Source: Bacillota bacterium (GTDB taxonomy: Bacteria; Bacillota; Clostridia; Ch29). Taken from it: a stretch of DNA of 64,000 nt. The stretch's first letter is position 1. Each line of letters begins with the position of its first letter. A program made the position numbers and the translations under genes. Below are positions 43,064 through 53,401 of the stretch, in pieces. The notes beneath the pieces are model-generated. The model saw only the letters and a list, made by a program, of their open reading frames with translations, had not been told where the DNA came from and did no database searches. Location of the stretch: NCBI GenBank assembly GCA_040766775.1, contig JAXGPT010000007.1, positions 1,500 through 65,499 of the forward strand. The letters are read 5' to 3'.

Positions 43064-45143
43064 TTATACCACTTTTAAACCTTCGGCTGCCAGTCTTCTT
43101 TGCAGGATATTGACGCATTCCTCCCCTTCCATGGACAGCCTTGTGCCCTTGGGCCCTTTACGAATCACTACAAGCCCGTATTTCGCCAAGATGTTAAGCC
43201 GGTTTCTTACCATCTGTTCAGTCATTTTGTTGCCCCCGCCGCACAGCTGCGCAAGACTTCTCCTGCTTAAATAAACCCTGCCTTCTTCCTGCGCTTTTTT
43301 CATAGTCGAAAGGATAAGAAATATTTCGTCCACCGGCATTTCCTTTTCCAGCAGCTGCAGCAGCTTTTCCTTCTGCATTGTGCTGTCCTTGGAAATAAAG
43401 GGCAGGTCCTTAACCCTCACAGGGCCTTCTCCCACAATGTGATAAAGGTACTCGATTACGTTTTCCAGCTCGCGGATGTTTCCCGGCCAGTCGTATTCCA
43501 TGAATTTCTCCATGGCCTGGTCGCTTATTATAAGCTCCTTACCCCCGGGGAACCTTTCCAGCATCTTTTCAATTAGAATCGGTATATCCTCCTTGCGCTC
43601 CCTTAGGGGCGGTATTCGAATGGGCAGCACCTTAAGCCTGTAAAACAAATCCTCCCTGAACTTGCCCGCGCTCACAAGGTCCTCCAAGTTTTTATTGGTG
43701 GCAGCTATAATCCTTACATCTATAGGTATAATTTTTGTGCCGCCTATGCGCAGAACTTCCTTTTCCTGCAACACCCTAAGCAGCCGGGCCTGGATCTTCA
43801 TTGAGGCGTCCCCTATCTCGTCCAGGAATATGGTTCCCTTGTGGGCCTGCTCGAACAGCCCTGCATGCCCGCCTTTCCTTGCACCGGTAAAAGCACCCTC
43901 CTCGTAGCCGAACAGCTCGCTTTCCAGCAGGTTTTCCGGCAGTGCCGCAAAGTTAACCGCCACAAAGGGCCCGTGCTGTTTATTGGAGGCCTTGTGTATT
44001 GCATGGGCGAACAGCTCTTTTCCTATGCCGCTTTCGCCTATGAGAAGAAGGGTTGAATTGCTTCTTGCAAGTTTCCTTGCTATTTCCTTTGTCTCAGTTA
44101 TTTTTGCTTTTGCCTATTATATTTGAAAAATCGTATTTTGAGGTGTGACCCCTTTTCATTAGGTTGGTCCTTACGATATTCTCCATCTCAATAATTTCCG
44201 ACAGGTCCTTGAAAGTTATTATAACCCCGTTGTATACGTCATCTTTGATAATGGGCATCATGGTAAGCAGTATTTTTTCCCATTATTTCATGGACTTTTC
44301 GATAAAGGCCGAAATTCTTCCCCAAAGGCTCTTTGCCTCGAAATCCAAAATATCGTCCAGGTTTATATCTCCATTTTTGTTCTTTCCCCTTAAACCGAAC
44401 AGCTTATTTGCATTTTCATTGCTGAACATAATACTGCCATTGCTGTCTATTCCCACTATGCCGTCATTTATTACGTTGAGTATGGTATTTAATTGCTTCA
44501 TTATATTATCGTTGGTTTCCAGCGCTTTTACCACTTTTTTGCTGGAATACACGAAGTCCTGCAGGAACCTTACCGATAACAGGTTTGTTCTCTCGTCCAT
44601 AATTTTCAACTTCATCATAATCTCAGTTATGGTAGTAAGGTCAATCTTGCTGTAACCCAGGTCTATGACGTTTTCCACGTAATCGGGAACCATATGGATT
44701 TCTCCTGTTGTGATTGCATAATTGGCATGCAGCGAAAACCTTTGTCCCGGGTAATATGGGTACATCCTTATATGAGTTATGCCCAGTCCTTCCAAAAGGG
44801 ATATGGAGTTTTCTGCAAGGTACTTGTTAACGTCGACAAACAGTACGTCTTCGCCCTTGGGTATTCTAAGCACATCCTCCAGCTTGGAATGGTTCAGCGC
44901 ACGCCTGGCCACCAGCACCTCCGACGACCTGGGGTCGATATACTTCATAGCCGTCTCCTTAAGGTATTCATGACTTATCAGTACCAGCTTGTCGTATATT
45001 TTTTCGTTTATACCCTCCAGTATGGAATACCCCCTGATTGTTACCTCCGGGCCCAAAAGGTTGGTAAGCTGGTTTATCACGTTTTCCTTATGCTTCTCGG
45101 AACGGGTTATTATGGACAAGCCGGATGGAGTTTCGGTTGACAT
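43064..45143 (-). CDS. sigma54-dependent enhancer-binding protein: N-terminal sensory region + PAS + AAA+ + C-terminal HTH (frameshifted at ~44.1-44.3 kb)
   Basis: [43 protein letters not shown]; PAS-like [22 protein letters not shown]; RBS and ATG at 45143. Confidence 0.92.
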
Positions 45144-45481
45144 GGTGTTTCCCCTCCTTCCTGAGGCAAAGTGCCTTGGTTTATTATATTGTAACAAAAA
45201 AGCATTAGGTATAAAATGGTTTTATTCAAAAAACCTTTTCGAACCATTTACATCACCGCCATCCTTTGTTGAAATACACTTCAGTTTTCCGGTGTGCCTC
45301 AGCAATTAAACAGGGGTCGGGCTTTTATAGCCCTTATTTATTAGCAAAGGGCTATTTTATTGGTTCTTTATGGTTCTTATCAATAACCCACTATCAGCCT
45401 ATATATTAAAAGCCCTTCATAATAAACCCTGCCAAGGGGCTATTATCGCATATAGGCAGCCCGCAGCCTCAAAAAAATGAT

Positions 45482-45497
45482 TGGCATGAATATTGCT
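45482..45497 (+). promoter_or_regulatory. sigma54 (SigL) -24/-12 promoter
   Basis: TGGCATGAATATTGCT, exact GG-N10-GC spacing; adjacent to a divergent EBP gene. Confidence 0.88.
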
Positions 45498-45614
45498 TGA
45501 TTCATTCGTAAGCTGATCAGCAAAATCGTTTTGAGGGGGGTGATATTGACATTTAATGGCATACAGTGGTGCGCTTAATCAATCGAATTTTTTATCCAAA
45601 TAGGAGGTCAAGAA

Positions 45615-46878
45615 ATGGATACTTCTAATAAAAGCTCAAGACAGATTTCCCTTGAAAGGGCTGAAGTTTTAAAAAGCCGTATAGACCCCTATCTTGAAGC
45701 CAAAATGAAAATCCCTACCGGACTTGAACAGGGCGAAATAATCAAGGCAAGGCAGGACTAAGATAAAAGAAGGCTAGGGGCAACCGACGCCGACTGGAAC
45801 GATTGGAATTGGCAGATAAAAAACAGGATAACAGATCTCGGATACCCTTGCAAAATTTATCAATTTAACTCCCAAGCAAAAGAAGGATATTGATGCTGTC
45901 ACGAAGAAATTTAGATGGGCTATTTCTCCCTATTTTCTGTCGCTCATAGACCCGGAGGGAGACCATTACAAGGACCCGATATACCTACAGTCCATTCCAA
46001 CGGGCCTTGAGCTAAAAGAGGGTATAGGCGAACCAGATCCTATGGCAGAGGAGTTTACCAACCCCGCCACCTGTATTACGCGCCGGTATCCTGACAGGCT
46101 CATAATAAACGTAACGAACCAATGTGGAATGTACTGCAGGCACTGTCAAAGGAGAAGGAATATTGGAGAAATAGATGCACCTCAACCAAGGGAAAACCTG
46201 CAGCAAGCTGTCGACTACATTAAAAATACTCCTGAAATAAGGGATGTTTTAGTAACCGGCGGCGACCCCTTCACATTATCCGATGAGAATCTTGACTGGC
46301 TGCTGGGGGAGCTTGACAAGATACCGCATCTTGAGTTCAAGCGTATTGGCACCCGGATGCCGGTTACCTTGCCCCAGAGGGTGACACCCGAGCTGTGTGA
46401 CATGCTCAAGAAACATCATCCGCTTTATATCAACCTGCAGTTCAACAGTCCTATGGAAGTTTCAGCCGAATCTAAAACTGCCTGTGAAATGCTCGCCAAT
46501 GCGGGAATACCCCTGGGGAACCAAACAGTGCTTCTAAGGGGAGTAAACGATCATCCCTTCGTGATGAAAAAACTCTGCCAGGAACTTTTAAGAATCAGGG
46601 TAAGACCTTACTATATATTCCATGCTAAAGGCGTAGTGGGAACCCTTCACTTCAGAACCAGCGTAGACATTGGTATTGAAATCATGGAACACCTGAGGGG
46701 CTACACATCAGGCCTGGCAATACCAACATTTATTATAAACGCTCCCCAGGGAAGGGGTAAAACGCCCATGCTTCCAGAGTATTTAATCTCCCACGGCAGG
46801 GACACCATAACCATAAGAACCTGGGAGGGGCAGGTCATCACATATCCGAACAAGGATGCCGAAGTGGAATACGAGTAA
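45615..46878 (+). CDS. eam: glutamate 2,3-aminomutase (KamA-family radical SAM/PLP; indels in the 5' third)
   Basis: AGGAGG RBS, ATG at 45615: MDTSNKSSRQISLERAEVLKSRIDPYL...WNWQIKNRI...FRWAISPY; CGMYCRHCQRRR; YYIFHAK and FIINAPQGRGKTP; no C-terminal Zn cysteines. Confidence 0.85.
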
Positions 46879-46981
46879 AAGACACTTAAAAGCTCACAGA
46901 TATACTTGAGTAGTACTCTTTAACCTAATCAATTTTTGGTGATAAACCGTTACCAAAAATATCAAATAAGGGGGTATATCC

Positions 46982-48031
46982 ATGAGAAAAAAACTAGCTT
47001 TATTATTGGTTCTCCTGATGGTGCTGGGCGCCATACTGGCGGGCTGCAGCACTCCCGGAGGGACCGAACAGCCGAGTGAAGAAGCAGAAGAGACGCCGGC
47101 ACCGGCCCAGAAAATGCAAATCAATATCATAACCGGTTCAACCGGCGGTACCTATTTCGCCCTTGGTGGAGCCATGGCCAACACCTGGAATGAATTCCTG
47201 GACAACATACAGGTAACAAGCCAGCCCGGCGGCGCGTCGGTGGAGAGCATAAACCGTGTCCATGCCGGCGAGGTGGAACTTGGAATGGCTATGAACAACA
47301 TAGCCGACGACGCGTGGAACGGAAGAGGTGCTTTTAAAGAGAAACAGCAGAACTTCAGGGCTATAGGAGTCATATACCCGGAGGTTTACCAGGGCGTAGC
47401 ATTAAAGAGCAGCGGCATAAAAACCATTGATGACCTGAAGGGTAAAAGAGTAGCGGTAGGCCCGGTTGGAAGCGGTACCGTTGTTATGACCGAGACGGTA
47501 TTTACGGAAGCAGGCTTAACCTTTGACGATGTAAAAGCCGCCTATGACGGTTTTGGCGATGCCGCCAGCAAGATGAAGGACGGCCACCTGGATGCGGCCT
47601 TCAACGTCCTGGCAGTACCCGCCGCCGCGATACAGGACATTATGACCGCCCGTGAGATAGAAGTGATCGAAATAGGCGATGACCTGTACCAGAAGATAAA
47701 GGCCAAGTCTCCCTTCTTCAGCCAGTATGTAATACCGGCCGGGACTTACGGTAATGAGGAAGACAAACTTACAGTCAACTGTGTGGCCGCACTTTACGTT
47801 GCCCCGGATATGCCGGAGGATGCCGTATACGAAATAACCAAGGTCTGGTTTGAGCAGTCCGCCCATACCGCAGCCGCTCACCAGGCCGCCCAGTGGCTGA
47901 CGGATGAAATTGCCGCAGGCAACAAGCAGGTAATGATAGATGGTATTACAACGCCACTGCATAAAGGTGCCTATAAGTACTTTACTGAAATAGGCCTTGA
48001 TATCCCGGACATGATAAAACCCATAGACTAA
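46982..48031 (+). CDS. TAXI-family TRAP substrate-binding lipoprotein
   Basis: Lipobox LAGC; TGSTGGTYF, GASVES, YPEV, GSGT, PLHKGAYKYF. Confidence 0.92.
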   Translation: MRKKLALLLVLLMVLGAILAGCSTPGGTEQPSEEAEETPAPAQKMQINIITGSTGGTYFALGGAMANTWNEFLDNIQVTSQPGGASVESINRVHAGEVELGMAMNNIADDAWNGRGAFKEKQQNFRAIGVIYPEVYQGVALKSSGIKTIDDLKGKRVAVGPVGSGTVVMTETVFTEAGLTFDDVKAAYDGFGDAASKMKDGHLDAAFNVLAVPAAAIQDIMTAREIEVIEIGDDLYQKIKAKSPFFSQYVIPAGTYGNEEDKLTVNCVAALYVAPDMPEDAVYEITKVWFEQSAHTAAAHQAAQWLTDEIAAGNKQVMIDGITTPLHKGAYKYFTEIGLDIPDMIKPID

Positions 48032-48083
48032 TCAACAGAGAGGGGGAAGGCCGGGTCGGCTTTGCAGCCCCCGGCCTTCATTA

Positions 48084-48614
48084 ATGAGAAAAATCTTTAC
48101 CTTGCTTTTATTTTCCGGTATATTTGTTTCCCTATTGCTGCTCCCCGTCCTTGTGCTTGAAGTAAGGGTTGACGGCTCAGAGGAGCTTGTTTTTCAACAG
48201 CCGGCAAAAGCAGGAAGCTTATTCGAAGTCCACTGGATACATTCGGTTACACTGCAGCCGGTTATAGAAGTCTACCTTTTGGAAGCCCCAGGCAGAATCC
48301 CGATAGTTAAGATGACCTTTGATGAATTTGGACCAAATCTGCCGGCACACCCCGAGTTTAACCAGTACTGGGTTATTGAAGACGGAAAATATACCGTACT
48401 GGGCTACGAAAGAGTTTTCGAAAGGGTTCCGGTAACCATAGGTGCCGTTATAGCAGACCATACCCTTGTTTATAACGGGCGCTCCACTCCTTTGAAGGAC
48501 GTATACCGCCCCGGCGGGTATGTGCATATAGGTCTTACAGAAAAAAAACTATGCCAATTCTTGATTGAGGAGGTACAAATATGGCAGAAAGGCAGAAAGA
48601 CGACAGCGTTTTAA
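48084..48614 (+). CDS. DUF1850-like TAXI-associated protein
   Basis: N-terminal TM; WIHSVTLQPVIEVY and FGPNLP; typical position between TAXI SBP and fused permease. Confidence 0.8.
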   Translation: MRKIFTLLLFSGIFVSLLLLPVLVLEVRVDGSEELVFQQPAKAGSLFEVHWIHSVTLQPVIEVYLLEAPGRIPIVKMTFDEFGPNLPAHPEFNQYWVIEDGKYTVLGYERVFERVPVTIGAVIADHTLVYNGRSTPLKDVYRPGGYVHIGLTEKKLCQFLIEEVQIWQKGRKTTAF

Positions 48615-50591
48615 TAGACCAGATTAAACTGGATGAGGAAAAGTCCGATGAGATACTTGCCAAGTACGACCGGGAATTCGCTTTTAGAAGACTAGAGGGA
48701 CCGGTAGCAAAATTCGTATTTTTACTTGCGGTTGCCTGGTCACTGGCCCACCTGTATACGGCAGCCTTCGGAGTTTTCCCCTCCACGATACAAAGAGCTC
48801 CCCACGTTGGTATTGCCTTGGTACTTATATTTATTATGTATCCGGCCAAAAGAGGCAGCAAAAGCAGCAAGGTCGCATGGTATGATTACATTCTGGCCTT
48901 CCTTGGTTTCTCCGTTTCGGCCTACCACGTGATTTATTATAAGGAGCTGGTTTGGCGGGCTGGAGTATACAATACCACCGATATGATAGTCAGCGTTATA
49001 GCAGTTTTGTTGATTATTGAAGCTACCAGGAGACTGGCGGGGCCGGTTATGATCTCGTTAGCAACGTTCTTTCTGCTGTTCGCATACTTTGGTAATTATT
49101 TTCCGTCCTTCATGGCCCACCCGGGTCTTACGATAAAAAGGATAGCAGTTTTCCAGTGGCTAAGCACTGAAGGCATCCTAGGAACGCCTATCCAGGTATC
49201 CTCAACCTTTATATTCTTATTTATGCTTTTCGCTTCCTTTTTAAAAAAAAGCGGGGTCGGGGATTGGATGACGGAAATAGCAGTGGGTCTGACTGGCGGC
49301 GCCATAGGCGGTCCTGCCAAGGCGGCTGTTATCGCCAGCGCAGCCCAGGGTACCGTGTCCGGCAGCTCGGTTGCCAATACGGTGGGTACCGGCTCGGCAA
49401 CCATTCCCCTTATGAAAAGTATCGGCTATCGTCCTGCCTTTGCCGGTGCCGTTGAGGCGGCAGCATCCACCGGCGGGCAGCTTATGCCTCCCATAATGGG
49501 TGCCGCGGCCTTTATAATGTCGGAGTTTTTGAACATCCCATACGGAAAGATTGCGCTGGCTGCAGCCATTCCAGCCGTTCTATATTTTACCGGGATATTC
49601 ATCACCGTACACCTTGAAGCCAAAAAGGCCGGGCTTTTGGGACTACCCAAAGATAGACTGCCCAATTGGAAACTACTGCTTAAAAGAAAATGGTTCCTTG
49701 CAGCTCCCATATTTGGTATCATTTATCTATTGGTAAGCGGCTATACTCCTATGCTGGCCGCTTTTTATGCAATCATACTGTGTATAGGCGCATCCATGAT
49801 TCTAAAAGAAACCCGCATGTCCTTTAACGATATCATTTCAGCGCTGGAGGAGGGCGCCAAGTCCGCGCTGCCGGTTGTTGCAGCCTGTGCCACCGCCGGA
49901 ATTATTGTGGGCATTGTAACCCTTACAGGACTTGGTATGAAAATGTCAGGGGGCTTGGTGAGGTTGGCCGGCGGCAATATACCTCACCATGTTCTTTACA
50001 ATGATAGGCTCCCTTATACTGGGTATGGGTGTTCCAACGACGGCAAACTATATAATCCAGGCAACGGTTTCCGCCCCTGCTTTAATGACGTTGGGTGTAC
50101 CACCGCTGGCAGCCCATTTGTTCGTGTTCTATTTCGGAATAGTTGCGGATATTACCCCGCCTGTTGCGCTGGCAGCCTTTGCCGGTTCGGGTATAGCCCA
50201 GTCGGATCCGATGAAGACGGGCGTTGAGGCCTTTAAGCTTGGATTTGCAGCATACCTGGTACCGTACATTTTTGCGCTGAACCCAATACTGGTGCTTATA
50301 AACCTTGAGGGTCTATCCACCCCGTTGTTCATCTTACGTGTAATCTTTGCATTGGCTACGGCACTGGTGGGTATGCTTTGTATCGGCGCTTCGACAACTG
50401 CCTACTTTGTAACCAACGACAAATGGTATGAACGGATCCTGTTTTTCGTTGCGGGTGTTTCCGATACACCCCGGGATTCAAACCGATATATTCGGTGCGG
50501 TGGTCCTGGCGGGAACATGGTTCGTACAGAAATCACGGGTAAAAAGAAAGGCTACAGCGTAAAGGAAGCAACAGTCAATCCTGTTCATTAA
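48581..50591 (+). CDS. TRAP transporter fused 4TM/12TM permease (frameshifted; 3' end approximate)
   Basis: GGPAKAAV, SGSSVANTVGTG, EAAASTGGQLMPPIMGAAAFIM, GMGVPTTANY, ADITPPVALAAF. Confidence 0.93.
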
Positions 50592-50597
50592 ACCCTG

Positions 50598-50636
50598 AAG
50601 AGCCTTGCGGCAAAGCGCTGCCGCAGGCCCCTTTCG
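50598..50636 (+). terminator. hairpin after TRAP permease, probable terminator
   Basis: GCCTTGCGGCA-aagcgc-TGCCGCAGGC followed by CCCTTTC; weak U-tract. Confidence 0.5.
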
Positions 50637-50693
50637 GTTGTGGTTGTTGTACATGATACTCCTTGGATATGAACCGGGCGGCTGTGCTTGACA

Positions 50694-52603
50694 ATCGAGT
50701 AGGAGGGGGGTGATTAACCTTCGTCCTCTCACACCACCGTACGTGCCGTCCGGCATACGGCGGTTCGAAAAGATATTAATGGACTAATGAATATCTTTCG
50801 GATACTGACTTTAGACCCAAACTTTTTAGGTATTCATTGGTGATGGATTTGTCTGTGATAAAGCTATTGGCTGTATGCCAGTAGCTTTTCCTCGTGTTGG
50901 CATACTGCCATGCCTTGTAGTTGTCTATACCTAACCTTACAAGGTTTCTGTGCTTTGTACTAACTTTCTTCCACTGTTTCCAGTAGCACATTCTTATCCT
51001 GCGCCTTATCCACCCGTCAAGTTTAGCAGCTATTGCTTTCATGTCCGCCAGGCCAAAGTAGTTTACCCAGCCGGTAATGCTCTGGTTCAGTTTAAATATC
51101 CTGTATTCCATGCTCATAGCATTACTCCTTGAGGTTATCTCCTTTAGCTTGGACTTGAACTTTGCTATCGACTTTGGGTGCACCCTTATACCTATACCAC
51201 CATCTTTACGGTAAAAGGAGAAACCTAAAAATTTCAGCCGCCATGGCCTGTCAACAGTACTCTTCTCACGGTTTACCTTAAGTTTTAAATCGTCTTCGAT
51301 AAACCGTGTAACACTGACCATTACCCTTTCTGCTGCCTTCCTGCTTCTGACGTATATGTTTACATCATCGGCGTACCGGCAAATTTAAGCCCCCTTCTTT
51401 CTAGTTCCTTATCCAGTTCATTCAGCATGATATTGGATAGCAGCGGGCTTAAGGGGCCACCTTGCGGACAGCCCTCTTCCGTTTCCACCACTACTCCATT
51501 TATCATTACTCCTGATTGAAGGAATTTGCGGATAAGTGATATTACCCCTATCCTTAATGGTTTTATGGATTAGGCCCATCAATTTGTCGTGGTTTACGGT
51601 ATCAAAGTATTTCGCAAGGTCAATATCCACAGCCCAGTCGTAGCCTGCTTCTATGTATTCCTTGCATTTCAATACCGCCTGTTTTGCGTCCCTTCCCGGC
51701 CTGAACCCATAGCTCAATTCCGAGAACTGCTTCTCAAAGATAGGGCTTAATACCTGGGCTATTGCCTGTTGTACCACTCTGTCCACTACTGTTGGTATGC
51801 CAAGTAGTCTTTTGCCGCCGCCCGGCTTTGGTATCTCTATCCGCCGCACAGGTTTTGGCTTGTAAGTACCCTCCCGGATACACTGCCTGATTTGCTCACC
51901 ATTTTCTTTCAGAAACTGTAGAAGTTCATCTACTGTCATTCCATCAATCCCATGGCTGCCTTTGTTTGACTTAACCCTCTTGTATGCCTTGTTCATGTTG
52001 TCTCGGTCAAGTATCTTATCAAGCAAGCTTCCGGCATACTCATTGCCATCGTTTTGGCCTTTGGAAGACGTAAACGAAATACTCTGCACTCCCATGCTTC
52101 TTTCGGGTTCCACCCTATCCTCACACAGGTAGTCTTCAGTATGAAGTTGGTTGCGCTCATCGCATTCCGTAGTGTGCTTCACAATACCAAAACATCCTTC
52201 CGTTCGGTCCTTCCCATTCCGCATATATCCGGTATGGTACTATGACCTCTGCTGACTTCTGACAGCTCGCCATACATCGCTGCATGGGTTATCATGGGGA
52301 AAATTCATTCCCTGCCTGACGTACCTGCCAGACCTCCCCGATTAAGAACAGTAACTTTCATCCCATGTCACCGCTGCATTTACACCGTGGAATTCGGGTA
52401 GTGTTGGACTTCGTTTTGTTATGCAAACTCGTCCGTTCCACGTATGCCTTGTATGCAGTTCCTGTCCGTCGGTGCGGGACTTTGCCTGCAGCTTCCTCCA
52501 GATTTCACCTCACGGTGAACACCCTTGCTGTTTAGCTAATGGTTCCCACTACCAAGCCCATAGCGGACTTTCACCGCCTAGTTACTGCCCATGTCGGGCG
52601 AAC
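50694..52603 (-). mobile_element. group II intron, class IIC
   Basis: 5' GTTCGCCCGACATGGG..., domain I GAGTTTGCATAACAAAACGAAGTCC, short domain V GAACCGCCGTATGCCGGACGGCACGTACGGTGG (CGC triad), 3' end CTACTCGAT; placed just after a terminator. Confidence 0.92.
50776..52224 (-). CDS. ltrA: group II intron reverse transcriptase/maturase, no endonuclease domain (frameshifted)
   Basis: RLLGIPTVVDRVVQQA, SYGFRPGR, VDIDLAKYFD, RYADD at ~51364-51378, FLGFSF, GWVNYF. Confidence 0.92.
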
Positions 52604-52605
52604 AC

Positions 52606-52638
52606 AAAAAAATAGTAACGGTTACCCATTACTATTTT
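52606..52638 (-). terminator. intrinsic terminator of rpmF (intron target hairpin)
   Basis: Minus strand AAAATAGTAATGG-gtaa-CCGTTACTATTTTTTT. Confidence 0.85.
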
Positions 52639-52648
52639 ATTTCCAGCC

Positions 52649-52824
52649 TTATTCTGCCTTGATTATTTCCTTCCCTCATAGTACCCACAGGACTTGCATA
52701 TCCTATGGGGCATCATAAGTTCGTGGCACTGCGGGCATTCCGCAAGGCCGGGCTTTCTCAGTTTCCAATGGGCCAGCCTGTTGTTTCTCCTGGATTTGGA
52801 GACTCTTCTTTTTGGTACCGCCAT
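52649..52824 (-). CDS. rpmF: 50S ribosomal protein L32, Zn-ribbon form (not in ORF track; 3' indel)
   Basis: Manual translation MAVPKRRVSKSRRNNRLAHWKL...CPQCHELMMPHRICKSCGYY. Confidence 0.95.
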
Positions 52825-52844
52825 ATTAACACCTCCCTGCGCTG

Positions 52845-53335
52845 CTACTGTTCCAACAATCTTTTAAGCTGCTGCATCCTCGGGTCAATCTCATTGATGC
52901 TGCAGCCGCATTCTTCTACGTTCCTGTCGGCACCGCATATTGGACATAGGCCTTTGCATTCCTCGCTGCACAATACCTTCACCGGAAGCTCAAGCAGTAT
53001 GCTTTCCATAACCGGTTCCCTAAGGTCAATGCTGTCTCCCTTTACCGGCAGCACTTCTTCCCCGGGTCCGGCCTCGCTGTACTGCTGGCTGAAACCGGTG
53101 CGGAGGGGGTGCCTTATGGTCCTAAGGCACCTGGAGCACTGAAGTACAACCTCCGTCCGGACTTCGCCCGTCACATACAGTAAATCCCCGTCCCGCTCTA
53201 TACTGCCGTTAACGGCCACCGGGCTTTCGAAGTCCAACCTTTCCCCCCTGTAGTCAAGTCCCTCCATGTCTTCTTTTAAGCTAAACGTCATACGGCCGTC
53301 GTCCCCGCGTCTAGCTCGTTAACATGTATTATCAT
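52845..53335 (-). CDS. yceD: YceD/DUF177 protein (5' end approximate)
   Basis: CSRCL, LCSEECKGLCPICG, CGC, DPR; upstream of rpmF. Confidence 0.92.
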
Positions 53336-53401
53336 CGCCAGCACACCCCGTAGTCAACAAATTTTATTATACAAACGGGCCGCATGTTTGTCAAGGCTGC
53401 T

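Noticed and set aside
45750-45850. In-frame TAA and frame change in the 5' part of eam as recoding or true inactivation
   Set aside because: A +1/-1 indel pair around the TAA restores Q-D-K-I-K-R-R-L-G and one further indel restores the rest; same pattern as the errors in essential genes. Real inactivation is not strictly excluded.
46042-46878. Lysine 2,3-aminomutase (KamA/AblA) or EF-P modifier EpmB
   Set aside because: Lysine-binding Asp residues replaced by Lys/Asn, and no lysine-fermentation, ablB or efp/epmA context.
50776-52224. Reverse transcriptase as retron, DGR or CRISPR-associated RT
   Set aside because: It lies inside recognisable group II intron domains and has a maturase X domain; no msr/msd, TR/VR pair or cas genes.
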